Below, one piece after another: positions 1 through 11,191 of a DNA stretch of 64,000 nt. How positions within the stretch are numbered: position 1 is the first letter of the stretch; the number at the start of each line of letters is the position of its first letter. The position numbers and the translations under genes are program-made. The notes below the pieces were generated by a model. It saw nothing but the letters and a program-made list of their open reading frames with translations. It was not told where the DNA came from and searched no databases. The DNA lies in assembly GCA_963848585.1 (NCBI GenBank), contig CAWKET010000001.1:3812-67811 (forward strand). The letters run 5' to 3'. The stretch is from an uncultured Alphaproteobacteria bacterium (GTDB lineage Bacteria; Pseudomonadota; Alphaproteobacteria; Azospirillales; Azospirillaceae).

Positions 1-79
1 AAGGCGGTGTCGCTCCGGGCGTTGCGGGAGGCGGGCAGGACGCCGGCGGAGGTCAGGGCGATGGCGGGGTTTGAGATGA
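1..79 (+). CDS. C-terminal end of a gene entering the window, probably glutamyl-Q tRNA(Asp) synthetase
   Basis: KAVSLRALREAGRTPAEVRAMAGF resembles the GluQ-RS C-terminus; probable stop TGA at 77-79 is out of frame by one base. Confidence 0.45.
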   Translation, partial: RRCRSGRCGRRAGRRRRSGRWRGLR

Positions 80-90
80 CGCGTATGGCG

Positions 91-943
91 TCAAACCGCC
101 CGCCGCAGCCCGATCGCAATATCCGGATAATCCGCATCCTCGGGCTTCAAATACCCATGCCGGATCAGGAAATCGATGATCACCAGATTGACGTTGAACT
201 TGAAGTCCTCGGTATCCCGCACCCGCCGCGCCACTTCATCCAGCGGCCAGAGCATGAAATGCTCGACCTCGCCGTCCGTATTGCGCGGCACGAAGTCTTC
301 CCCGACCTCAAGATCATAGAGAAACAGCGTGTCCGGCTTCAGCCCGGCCGGATTCTCCATCAGGTACGACACGACGCCCACCGGCACCGCCCGCCGAGCC
401 GCCTCCGCCGACAGGCCGGCCTCCTCGTGCGCTTCCTTCACCAGGTTCTCGTCAAGCGTCAGCCCGATCGGCTGACCGCCGGCGACCAGATTGTCCAGCT
501 TGCCCGGTGCGATCTTGCGGTCCGTCGCCCGCTTGCCGACCCAGAGGTGAATCCCGTCCGCCCGCCGGACGAACCCGTTGACGTGAAGCCCGAACGACCT
601 GATCCCGAAATGAGCCACGGCGGCCCGGTCGATCTTCAGCAGCGGCGGCTGGCCCCAGGATGTCACCACGGGATAGTCTTCGCCCCGAAGCTGCGAAACG
701 GTCCCGTCAGCGACCAGCGCGTCAAGCACCCGCGCCATGGCCTCCGACCGCGAATTCGAAATTGCCCAAGCCCGCCAGCAGCGAAACGCGCTCCGGCTCG
801 ACGGTGAAGACATCGTCGAACCGGGTCAGGCGTTCGGCCAGTTCATGGCGCACCCAGCCCACCCTGTCGGGTCCGACATGGAAAGGCAGGAAGCCGGAAA
901 GATCGTGGCTGTTGCAGGCGCGGATGTGATGAAGATAGCTCAT
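91..943 (-). CDS. NUDIX hydrolase with N-terminal DUF4743-like domain (frameshifted)
   Basis: ORFs 722..943 and 91..813 join; GKLDNLVAGG..ENLVKEAHEEAGL Nudix box; PRNTDGEVE motif. Confidence 0.85.
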
Positions 944-1000
944 GATGAGCGGATTAAACCGCCCATCGCCCGGTTCGTCACGCGCTATTTATTCAGCCGC

Positions 1001-1318
1001 TTATTCGGCTGCGGCGCGGAACCGCTCCGAAGTCAGCACCGTATCCACATCCGGGATCTGGCGCAGGCATGAGGCGACATAATCGGCCTCGCTCCGCACC
1101 ATGCCCTGCATTTGCAGATCGATGATCAGTTCGTCGTCCCGGATGCCACCGACGCGGCTGTGCCAGGACGAAGGAACAAGCCCGCGCTTGGCGAACAGCT
1201 CCAGCACCCTCGACATCACGCCGGGATCGGCATTGGCCTGGATGGAGAAGCAGGCGGTATAATCGGGATCGAAGGGGCGGGATTCGACACCGGGTGCCGA
1301 CAGGGTTGGCATAGCCAT
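1001..1318 (-). CDS. Stand-alone ACT-domain protein
   Basis: FSIQANADPGVMSRVLELFAKRGL...LRQIPDVDTV ACT pattern; SD AGAGGA upstream. Confidence 0.75.
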   Translation of the reverse strand: MAMPTLSAPGVESRPFDPDYTACFSIQANADPGVMSRVLELFAKRGLVPSSWHSRVGGIRDDELIIDLQMQGMVRSEADYVASCLRQIPDVDTVLTSERFRAAAE

Positions 1319-1377
1319 GACAGGCTTTCCTCTTTAGATCGAAGCGATAGGAATTCAGCAGTTATTGACCCCGGCCC

Positions 1378-1437
1378 TCAGCAGAGGACCGGGCCGCTAA
1401 TTCGCGCAACGATCGCAAGGTAGGATGCCTGGAACAT
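1378..1437 (-). promoter_or_regulatory. Putative leader peptide MFQASYLAIVARISGPVLC with overlapping GC hairpin
   Basis: 19-codon ORF whose stop lies in the hairpin CCCGGTCCTC-TGCT-GAGGGCCGGG, about 60 nt upstream of the ACT gene. Confidence 0.45.
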
Positions 1438-1512
1438 GGCGCGGACCATACCCGTGACGTATTGGGTGGTCAAGTGCCATGCTGCCGCAGTTCAGCACAA
1501 GGCGGACCAGCA

Positions 1513-2841
1513 TCAGTCACCACGCGTACGCTCGACCCCCAGCAATCCAGTAGGCCGGATCACCAGCACCACGATCAGGGCGGTGAAAACCGCGACATCC
1601 TTGCCTTCCAGCGGCAGCCACGTCGCCCAGCCCGTCTCCAGCGCCGCGATCAGCAGCCCGCCCAGGAAAGCTCCGGGGACCGAGCCGATGCCGCCGACAA
1701 TCGCCGCCGTCAGCGCCTTGAAGCCCAGCAGCGCTCCCATGTACGCGTTCACCCCGCCATAATGCAGCGCCACGATGAACCCGGCCGTACCCGCGCAGGC
1801 GGCGCCCAGGGCGAACGTGGCTCCCACCGTCCTGTCGGTATCCACGCCCAGCAGCGCCGCCATCCGCATATCGTCGCTGCATGCCCGGTGGCTTCGGCCG
1901 AAATCAGTCCGGCTCAACAGCCACCACAGCCCGCCCGACACCGACAGCGTCAACGCCACGATCAGGACTTGCGCCGCCGAGACGGTAACGGGAAACACCC
2001 CCTCCCCCGCCAGGGTGAAGCGGTCGGTCAGCACCGGGCGCCAGCCACCGGTCGCGCGCACCCTGGAGCAGCCGGACCAGCTCCTGCAAGAATACCGAAG
2101 CCCCAATCGCCGCGATCAGCGGAACATGGGTCGGCGTCCCCCGCAGAGGCCGGAAGACCAGCCGCTCGACCGCCCATCCCTGCCCCGCCGTCATACCCGC
2201 CGCGATCAGCAGCACGACCGGCAGCGCCCATGCCCCCGCACCCGACATGACGACCAGCGGAATGGCGGCGATCACGGTCTGGTAAGCGCCCAGCATCAGC
2301 AACTCGCCGAAGGCGAAGTTGATCCGCCCGATGATGCCGTAGACCAGCGAGAATCCGACCGCCAGCAGCGCATAGATGCACCCCAGCACGGTCCCGTTCA
2401 GGGCTTGCTGAAGCACATAAAGGACTCCGGAATAGGGCGAATCGACCACCCGGTCCACAGCCACACCCTCGGCCGGGAACCGGACGCGCCGGCCCCGCCT
2501 CAAGCGCCAGCCAGCGCTTCAGCCAGAACAGGCGCATTTCAGGCAGCAAGCCTTCCCGGCTGGTGGCGACCCGCACCAGTTCCAGCGGCGCTCTCTCGAC
2601 CCGCCGCTCGGAGAACCGGCAGTTCACCCACCGCTCCACGCCGTCCGGCGTCCTGTAATCCAGGACCACCCCATCCGAACCAGCCCGGGCCCGAAGCCTC
2701 CCGCAAGACCTCGATCCGCGGCCGCGTCCGGCTCGAAAGCGGCGATCACCCGGCGGCAGGTGGCGACCTCCGCCGGGTCCGCCCCGCATCCGGCCAAAAC
2801 AGCCTCATAAGCAGAAGGACAAGCAGCCGGTAAAACGGCAT
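1513..2841 (-). CDS. Branched-chain amino acid ABC permease (LivH-like) with N-terminal extension (frameshifted)
   Basis: LNGTVLGCIYALLAVGFSLVYGIIGRINFAFGE and FGRSHRACSDD..GFKALTAAIVGGIGS in ORFs 1904..2503 and 1513..2106; extra N-terminal region in 2028..2789. Confidence 0.8.
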
Positions 2842-2942
2842 CCTTTCAGTCATCCACCATTGCGCCGGTCAATTCCGGATTGGCGACCGTCACCGGCGGA
2901 TAAATATCAGGATATTCTCCAGTCAGGACCAGAGGTTCCAAT

Positions 2943-3504
2943 ATGGTTCGCTTCGCTACGGCCGCATCGCTGGCAATGGCGCTGATGCTCGGGGCCTGCT
3001 CCGGCAGCCGGGTGGTTTCGGACAATGTCAGCACCGCCTATTCACCGCTGGAATTCAGCGCGGCCGCCGGTGGGCGGGATCTCGCCACGGAAGTCTACGG
3101 CAATCCCTTCCCGATGGACCAGACCAGTTTCGATCAGACCGTGACCGACCTGATGCAGGGCAAGCATTTCGGCCCGCCGACCCACTTCACGACGACGCCC
3201 GACGACAGCGCCAACCGCCGGTACAAGGTGGTGATGCTGTTCAACCCGGCGGAAAACATCATCAACACGCGGATCTGCGGCGGAGGCCCCATCGCGACCG
3301 ATAATCAGCCCGGACAGCCGATCCGCCTTCAGGCGGCCTTCTGCCGGGGCGGCACACTACATCCACCAACGGCTGGGCGCCGGCCGTCGCCTCCCCGCAG
3401 GACCCGGCATTCCGCGATCTGATCACGGACACGACCTTCGAACTGTTCCCGCTCCGCGATCCCAACCACAGCGACAGCAATTGCGGACGGGCTTCGACTG
3501 CTGA
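2943..3504 (+). CDS. Hypothetical lipoprotein (3' end frameshifted)
   Basis: Lipobox MLGAC after hydrophobic stretch; SD GAGG; C-terminus continues in another frame. Confidence 0.7.
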
Positions 3505-3520
3505 GGGTCAAGGCTCGGAT

Positions 3521-4249
3521 TCACGAATAGACCAGCCAGTCCCGCATCAGGGCGGTGGTGGCATGCGGCCGTTCCAGTGACGCCAGATGGCCGCATTCCT
3601 CCACAATGGCAAGCCTGGCCCCTGGAATGGCGTCCGCCATCTCGACATGCATCTCAAGCGTGCTGATGGCGTCCTGCCGCCCGCACAGCACCAGCGTCGG
3701 ACACGCGATCGACGGCAGCATGGGCCGGCTGTCCGGCCGCTCCATGATCAGCTTCTGCTGCCGCAGGAAAGCGTCGCGCCCGACCCGCTCCGCCATCGCC
3801 ATCACTTCGCCGGTCAGCGCCTCTTCCCCCGTGCGGTCCGGATGGATCAGCACCGGCAGCAGGCGCGGCGTGACTCCGCGAAACTCCCCCCGGTCGGCCA
3901 GCGCCATCAGCCCCCGGCGCCGGCGCCGCTGCTCGTCCGTATCGGCCCGCGCGTTGGTATCGAGCAACGCCAGCTTCACGACCCGCTCCGGCGCCTGCCG
4001 CACGATCTCAAGCGCCACATATCCGCCCATCGACAGGCCGGCGACGGCGAATCGCGGCGGCGCCTTGGCAAGCACCTCGGCCGCCAGAGCCGAAACACTG
4101 TCGCACCCGGTCAGGTCGGCCACCGTAATATCGGCGACCTCCCCCAGATACCGGGTCTGATGAGACCAGAGTGCGGAGTCGCACAGCAAACCGGGAAGCA
4201 GAACCAAAGGAACGCGGGTGATTGAATCAGTCATCGGCAAATCAGTCAT
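3521..4249 (-). CDS. Alpha/beta fold hydrolase
   Basis: LLPGLLCD, GLSMGG nucleophile elbow, CGHLA; ATG overlaps upstream stop (ATGA). Confidence 0.9.
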   Translation of the reverse strand: MTDLPMTDSITRVPLVLLPGLLCDSALWSHQTRYLGEVADITVADLTGCDSVSALAAEVLAKAPPRFAVAGLSMGGYVALEIVRQAPERVVKLALLDTNARADTDEQRRRRRGLMALADRGEFRGVTPRLLPVLIHPDRTGEEALTGEVMAMAERVGRDAFLRQQKLIMERPDSRPMLPSIACPTLVLCGRQDAISTLEMHVEMADAIPGARLAIVEECGHLASLERPHATTALMRDWLVYS

Positions 4250-4789
4250 CGGATCAGCGGAAGCACTCTTTTGAAAGCCGGCGTGGCCCCCCGGCGCAGC
4301 CATTCGAACATGACCATTTCCGAGGTCACGATCTCAACCCCATTGGCGCGCATCCGCTCCATGCCGAAATGGCGGTTGTCCGGATCGCGCGACCCGACCG
4401 CGTCGGCCACCAGGAAGCAATCGAAGCCGGCATCCTTCAGCCCAAGCGTCGTCTGAAGCACGCAGACATGCGCCTCCGTCCCGGTCACCACTATCTGCGG
4501 CCGGTCCAATTCCCGCACCCGCTCGACAAATCCAGGCTCGAACGCCGCGTTGAAATGGATCTTCTCCACCACCGATCCCGGCGGCAGAAGCCCCGCCAGC
4601 GGCGCAATAGTAGCCGCCCAGCCCCTTTGAATACTGCTCGGTCGCCAGCACCGGCACATCCAGTTCCGCCGCCGCCTTCAGCAGCGTGGATATCCTGTCC
4701 ACCAGCTTTTCCGACCCCGCTATGGCCGGAGCAAGACGTTCCTGGACATCGACGACCAGCAGGATCGAGCGCTGAGATTCGAGCAGCAT
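4246..4789 (-). CDS. Isochorismatase-family hydrolase (frameshifted)
   Basis: LLVVDVQERL, TEQYSKGLG, GTEAHVCVLQT motifs across ORFs 4334..4789 and 4246..4659. Confidence 0.88.
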
Positions 4790-5000
4790 GGCGAAGAACT
4801 TTCTTGCCGTAACGGGACTTCGACATTATCGTGCCGCTCCATGCGAAGCCATTCCCTTCCGGCCGTGCCCCCACGCGTACCGAAATATCGGTGCGACAAC
4901 ACGGATTGTTGACAAGACGGTTTGACTTTTCATACTGCCGCCCCAATCTGTGCTGCAAGCCATATGGCTTACGCTGCTTTCTCCAACCGACACTGGCTTA

Positions 5001-6533
5001 ATGAATTTTTCGGAAATTGGGCTCGGGCCCGAAGTCCTGCGCGCCGTCGAGGATGCGGGTTATACCCAACCTACTCCGATCCAGGAACAGGCGATCCCTT
5101 GGGTCCTCCAGGGGCGCGACGTTCTTGGCTGCGCCCAGACGGGCACCGGCAAGACCGCCAGCTTTACGCTGCCGATGATCGAAATCCTGGCCAATGGCCG
5201 GGCTCGGGCGCGCATGCCGCGCTCGCTGATCCTGGAGCCGACGCGTGAACTCGCGGCCCAGGTCGCCGAGAATTTCGAGACCTACGGCAAGCATCTCAAG
5301 CTGACCATGGCGCTGCTGATCGGCGGCGAGTCGTTCGGCGACCAGATCAAGAAGCTGGATCGCGGCGTCGATGTCCTGATCGCCACGCCGGGCCGCATGA
5401 TCGACCTGTTCGAGCGCGGCAACATCCTGCTCAGCGACATCAAGATCTTCGTGATCGACGAAGCCGACCGGATGCTCGACATGGGGTTCATCCCCGATAT
5501 CGAGCGGATCGTCGGCCTGCTGCCGAAGATGCGCCAGACGCTGCTGTTCTCCGCGACCATGCCGCCGGAGATCAAGCGCCTCGCCGACACCTTCCTGATG
5601 AACCCGCGCGAAGTTTCGGTCTCCCCGCCCGCCTCCATGGCGGAAACCGTCACCCACGCGCTGACCGTCGTCCAGCCGGAAGACAAGCGCAAGGCGCTGC
5701 GTCATCTGCTCGGTACGGAAGACGTCAAGAACGCGCTGATCTTCTGCAATCGCAAGCGCGACGTGGCGATCCTGCACAAGAGCCTGGAAAAGCACGGCTT
5801 CAACGCCGGCGCGCTCCATGGCGACATGCCGCAGAGCAAGCGGACCGAAACGCTCGACCAGTTCAAGAAGGGTGAGATCACCCTGCTGGTGTGCAGCGAC
5901 GTGGCCGCCCGCGGCATCGACATCGCCGGCCTCAGCCACGTGTTCAACTTCGACACGCCGCTTCATGCCGAAGACTACGTCCACCGGATCGGCCGCACGG
6001 GCCGCGCCGGCAAGCTGGGCCGCGCGTTCACGATCGCCAACCCGGAAGAAGGCAAGCAGGTCGCCGCGATCTCCAAGCTGATCAAGCGCGAGATCCCGCT
6101 GATTTCCATCGACGGCATCGAACTCGCCGACTTCGAGGAACTCTCCGACCGCCGCCGCCGCCGTTCCCGCAAGGAAGGCGAGGAAGCCAAGGCCGGTTCG
6201 AACAACGCCCGTCCGCCCCGCCCCGAAGGCCGCGCGCCCCGTCCGGAGCGTGAAGCACGGCCCGAACGCGAAGTGCGTGTCGAGCGTGAGGCAAGACCGG
6301 AACGCGAGGTTCGTCCCGAGCGTGAGGTTGTCAGGCCGGAACGCGAGATGGTCCGCCCCGACCGCGAACAGCGCGTCGAGTCTCTGCGGAGCGACGCACC
6401 GCCGCCGCGCCGTGACGACCGCCGCCGCCGCCGTGACGAGGATGACGATGACGAGGTCGTGATCGGCTTCGGCGATCACATCCCGGCTTTCCTGCTGCGC
6501 CGGGCTCGTCCCGTCGCCACTCCGGAAGCGTAA
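5001..6533 (+). CDS. DEAD-box RNA helicase with charged repetitive C-terminal tail
   Basis: AQTGTGKT, PTRELA, DEAD, SAT, HRIGRTGR motifs. Confidence 0.95.
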   Translation: MNFSEIGLGPEVLRAVEDAGYTQPTPIQEQAIPWVLQGRDVLGCAQTGTGKTASFTLPMIEILANGRARARMPRSLILEPTRELAAQVAENFETYGKHLKLTMALLIGGESFGDQIKKLDRGVDVLIATPGRMIDLFERGNILLSDIKIFVIDEADRMLDMGFIPDIERIVGLLPKMRQTLLFSATMPPEIKRLADTFLMNPREVSVSPPASMAETVTHALTVVQPEDKRKALRHLLGTEDVKNALIFCNRKRDVAILHKSLEKHGFNAGALHGDMPQSKRTETLDQFKKGEITLLVCSDVAARGIDIAGLSHVFNFDTPLHAEDYVHRIGRTGRAGKLGRAFTIANPEEGKQVAAISKLIKREIPLISIDGIELADFEELSDRRRRRSRKEGEEAKAGSNNARPPRPEGRAPRPEREARPEREVRVEREARPEREVRPEREVVRPEREMVRPDREQRVESLRSDAPPPRRDDRRRRRDEDDDDEVVIGFGDHIPAFLLRRARPVATPEA

Positions 6534-6549
6534 AAAGGGCGTTCCCGCC

Positions 6550-6792
6550 ATGCAGACCATCTTCATCATGGTCAAATGCGACCTCGGACAAGCGTACGAG
6601 GTCGCGGACCGCGCGGTACAGGACGTGGAACAGGTGTCGGAGGTCCACTCGACCTCCGGCCAGTACGACCTGCTGATGAAGTGCTATCTGGACGACGGCA
6701 CCGATATCGGCCGCTTCGTGACGGAGCAGGTACAGACCCTGCCAGGGGTGAAGGACACCTTCACCCTCATCACGTTCAAGGCGTTCAGCTAA
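6550..6792 (+). CDS. Lrp/AsnC ligand-binding-domain-only protein
   Basis: 80 aa, VSEVHSTSGQYDLL..LPGVKDTFT pattern, no HTH. Confidence 0.85.
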   Translation: MQTIFIMVKCDLGQAYEVADRAVQDVEQVSEVHSTSGQYDLLMKCYLDDGTDIGRFVTEQVQTLPGVKDTFTLITFKAFS

Positions 6793-6839
6793 TGCGAAGC
6801 TCGGTTGAGTTGGGCCACGGCCGATCGTGCACCGCATCC

Positions 6840-8631
6840 CTACTCCAACCTGAACGTCAGCCGATACCGCGTCCCCGGCGGCGGCTCCAGTTCCAACCGC
6901 CCCGATACCTGCCGCACCAGCCGGTCCACCAGCATCAGCCCCAGGCTGGCGCTGCGCTTCGGCGGCACGAAACCCGGTCCCGTATCGGAGACCAGCAGAA
7001 CCACCGTCATCCCCCTCCCGCGTCAGGCCTACCCGCACCTCGCCATCGGCGCCATCCGCGAACCCGTGCTTGAACGCGTTGGAAATCAGCTCGTTGGCGA
7101 TCAGCGCCAAGGGCACCGCCGCATCCATGCTGACCGGAACCGGATCAGCCTCCACGACCATGGAAATCCGCTCCTCGCTCAGCCCATAGGCATCGTGCAG
7201 ATTGCCCGTCAGCGTGCGCAGCACCTCGGCGAAGTCGATATCCGCCATCGTGTTCGAGCGATAGAGCAACTCATGGATCGTGCTCATCGCCGAAACCCGG
7301 TTCAGGCTCTCGCGCAGGGCGTCGCTGCCGACCTCGTCGCGCAGCCGGCTCGCCTGCAACCGAAGCAGGCTGACGACGACCTGAAGGTTGTTCTTGACCC
7401 GGTGGTGGACCTCCTTGACCAGAACCTCCCGCTCGGTCAGGGCCGATTGCAGGTCCTGATTGGCCCGCAGCATGCCGGCCTCGACCCGCTTCTGCTCGGT
7501 TATGTCACGGACCACCGCCACCAGATGAAGCGGCTTGCCATCGGCATCCCGCACGACGGAAACACTGTTGTGGACCCAGACGATCGATCCGTCCGGACGC
7601 AGATAGCGCTTCTCAAGCTGGTAATCCTCGCCGGTGATCCGGGCCCGCTCCAGCATCGCCATGTTGCTCGGCACGTCGTCGGCATGGGTGATGTCCTGGG
7701 TCGTGAGCGTCAGAACCTCCTCCCTCGACCGCCCGACGATCTCGCAGAAGCGGTCGTTGACCATCAGGAAGCGCCCGTTCAGATCGATCTCGGTGATCCC
7801 GACGATGGCCTGCCGGAAGATCGCCGAGAACAGATCCTCGCTCCGCCGCAACGCCTCCTCGGCGCGCTTGCGGTAGGTGATGTCATGGACCACCAGAACG
7901 GCGCCATCCACCCTGCCGTTGCTCCGGATCGGCGCTATGGAGCATTGCACGTCCACCGCCGTACCATCGCGCCGGAAGAAAACGTCCTCATGCTCGCGAA
8001 GCGTCTGCCCGGTCACGAACACCTGGCCCAGCGGGCATTCCCGGATCGAAAACGGCTGCCCGTCGGGACGCTGGTAATGAAGCTTGTCGTGAAGGATTTC
8101 GCCGATCAACTCATCGGCTTTCCAGTCGAACATCCGCTCGGCCGCCGGATTGACGAAGGAAATCCGCCGCCGCGAGTCCATCAGGAACAGCCCTTCCGCC
8201 GCATTGTCGGTGATCGTCTGCATCAGCCGGAACTGACGCCGCGCCTCCTCCTCCGCCTCGAACCGTTCGGTAATATCGATGCAGCTTCCGGTATAGCCGG
8301 TGAACTCGCCGTTCAGACTGAAGCGCGGCTTGCCGCTGTTGAGCATCCAGCGCCAGACCCCATCGTGCCGACGCAGGCGGAACTGAATCTGGAAAGGCTG
8401 GCGGGCGTCGAACGCCTCTTGAGCCGCCTTCAGCGGCGCCCGGTCTTCGGGATGAAGCAACTCCATCCAGCCGTCGCCGGCCTCCCTTTCGGGAGGCCGG
8501 CCGGTGAAGTCCAACCAGGCGCGGTTGAAGTAGATACCGCCCATGGAAATGTCGGACATCCAGATCAGGACCGGGGCACTGTCGGCAAGAGCGCGGAACT
8601 GCTCCTCGTCAGGCCCCAGCAGTTTGGTCAT
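6840..8631 (-). CDS. Multi-PAS soluble sensor histidine kinase, HisKA_2 type (3' frameshift)
   Basis: Three PAS/PAC units; EVHHRVKNNLQ H-box; ELISNAFKH N-box. Confidence 0.9.
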
Positions 8632-11011
8632 CGCGTCGCGCGTCTCGCTTGGTTCGGCTTCCTGGCTTTCGAGCTTCCAGAGCCTCCGCCTCTGCGCCCG
8701 TGGCTTCCTCCGCGACGTCGCCATGGTCGGCCGGATCGAAAGCGGCCGCTTCGGCGCCGGTCGAAGCTTCCAGCGGCGCCTCCTCCTCCGGCGCTTCGGG
8801 CACGGGATCGACCTCCGGCATCGACAGGCGCTCGCGCGCCGGTTCCGCCGTGGTCCAGACCGCCCCGTCATGCAGGGCCGACAGCAGCACCAGACTGCGG
8901 CCCGATGCCTTGAAGTTACCCCCGGCATCGAGCATGTGCGGCTTCTTGCCCGGCTGCGCCGTGTCCAGCAAGGTCTGCCAGCCGACCACACCAGGGACGC
9001 TCGGGACGGTGAAGGGCAGATCCTCGTGGTACGAGTTCACCACCAGCATCAGGATATCGCCCGGCTTGCCCGTCTGCTGCTGAAGACCGGGCGCGACCCT
9101 GCCGTCCAGCAGCATGCCGACGCAGCGCGCCATCGGGTCCTGCCACTGCTCGGGGCTCTTCTCGGTGCCGGCCGGCGTGATCCAGGTGATGTCCTTGACG
9201 CCAAGCTCGCTGTCCTCATGCCCATGCAGGAACTTCGGCAGACCCAGCAGCGGATGGGATTGGCGCAAAGCCACCGTCTGACGCACGAACTCGATCAGGC
9301 TGTAGCCGTCGTCGTCGATCTCGTCCCAGTTGATCCAGGCGATCTCACTGTTCTGGCAATAGGCGTTGTTGTTGCCGCCCTGGGTATTGCCGAACTCGTC
9401 GCCCGCCAGGATCATCGGCGTGCCCTGGGAGAACAGCAGCGTCGCCAGCAGATTGCGCTTCTGCCGCTCGCGCAGCGCCTTGATCTTGGGATCGTCGGTC
9501 GGCCCTTCCACCCCATGGTTCCAACTGTGGTTGTTGGAATGGCCGTCCTGGTTGTTCTCGCCATTGGCCTCGTTGTGCTTGTCGTTGTACGAGACCAGAT
9601 CGTTCAGCGTGAAGCCGTCATGGGCGGTGATGAAATTGACGCTGGCCCAGGGCCGGCGGCCACGCTTCTCGAAGAAGTCGCTCGACCCCGTCATGCGGGA
9701 CGCAAGCTCCGGCAGCTTGCTCTCGTCGCCCTTCCAGTAGCTCCGCACGGTATCGCGATAGCGGTCGTTCCACTCCGCCCAGCCGGGAGGGAAACCGCCG
9801 ACCTGATAGCCGCCGGGGCCGATGTCCCAGGGCTCGGCGATCAGCTTGACCCGCGACAGGATGGGGTCCTGACGGCAGGCGTCCAGGAAGCCGCCGCCCT
9901 CGTCGAAGCCATGCGGCTCGCGGCCCAGGATCGTCGCCAGATCGAAGCGGAAGCCATCCACCCGCATCTCGGTCGCCCAGTAGCGAAGGCTGTCGGTCAC
10001 CATCTGCAGCACGCGCGGATGGGACACATTCAGCGTGTTACCCGTCCCCGTATCGTTGATATAGTATCGCGGATCGGGCGCCAGACGATAATACGATGCG
10101 TTGTCGATGCCTTTGAACGACAGCGTCGGCCCGCGCTCGTTGCCCTCGGCCGTGTGGTTGTAGACGACATCCAGGATCACCTCGATCCCGGCATCGTGGA
10201 AGCGGGCGACCATCTCCTTGAACTCGCCGATGGTCCCGCGTCGCGGAATAGCGCGGCTCGGGCGCGAAGAAGCCGATGCGTGTTGTAGCCCCAGAAGTTC
10301 CGCAGGCCCCGCTCCAGCAGGTGCCGGTCATCCAGGAAGGCGTGGATCGGCAGCAGTTCGATCGAGGTGATCCCGATGCTGCGGATGTAATCGACGACGT
10401 CCTGGTGCGCCAGACCCGGCGTAGGTGCCCTGCAACTGCGGCGGCACGGCCGGATGCCGCATCGTGTATCCGCCGACATGGGTCTCGTAGAAAATCGTCC
10501 GGTCCCACGGAATGCGCGGCGACTGGGTATTGCCCCAGGTGAAGGCCGGATCGACCACCCGGCACTTCGGCATGCCGGCGGCGCTGTCGCGCCGGTCGAA
10601 CGACAGGTCGTCGCGCGGCGAGCCGATCCGGTAGCCGAAATGGGCGTCCGACCAGCGCATATGGCCGACCAGCGCCTTGGCATAGGGGTCGAGCAGAAGC
10701 TTGTTGGGATTGAAGCGGTGACCGGCGGTCGGCTCATACGGCCCATGGACGCGGTAGCCATAGACCGTCCCGGGCCGCGCATCGGGCAGATAGCCGTGCC
10801 AGACCTCGTCGGTATATTCCGGCAGAACGACCCGCTCCAGCTCGCGCCGTCCGTCCCGATCGAACAGGCACAGCTCGACCTTGGTGGCATGAGCGGAGAA
10901 GAGAGCGAAATTCACGCCCAGGCCATCCCAGGTAGCGCCCAGGGGAAAGGGAAGACCTTCCTGTACACGTGACCGACGAATAATATTTGAAGCTTGCTGC
11001 AGTCTGCTCAC
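8609..11011 (-). CDS. glgX: Glycogen debranching enzyme (frameshifted)
   Basis: PLGATWDGLGVNFALFS, DVVYNHTAEG, DGFRFDLA, AEPWD, HDGFTL across ORFs 10328..11107, 10177..10890, 8609..10213. Confidence 0.95.
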
Positions 11012-11191
11012 GGAGCGGCCTCGACGGAGTGAAAGAGAACAGGTGTTCAATGATTTGGTCACCTGTGAACAATCGAACCGCCATCTAGGTCCCTTGGAGC
11101 AAATCAAGCGCGCTGATTTTCTTCACAGGCAGTTATTGCAGGGGAGCTATGGTTGAGGACGTGAGAATGAAGAACGGCACTACCCAGGCGA

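Noticed and set aside
4225..4252. 13-nt direct repeat AATCAGTCATCGG giving two possible starts (MTDLP-MTDSI)
   Set aside because: Single short duplication at a gene junction with no mobile-element context.
6805..8913. Long antisense ORFs (6805..8913, 4998..6575, 8543..10288, 53269..54846 and others)
   Set aside because: Shadow ORFs opposite real genes, expected from high-GC codon bias; no recognisable motifs.
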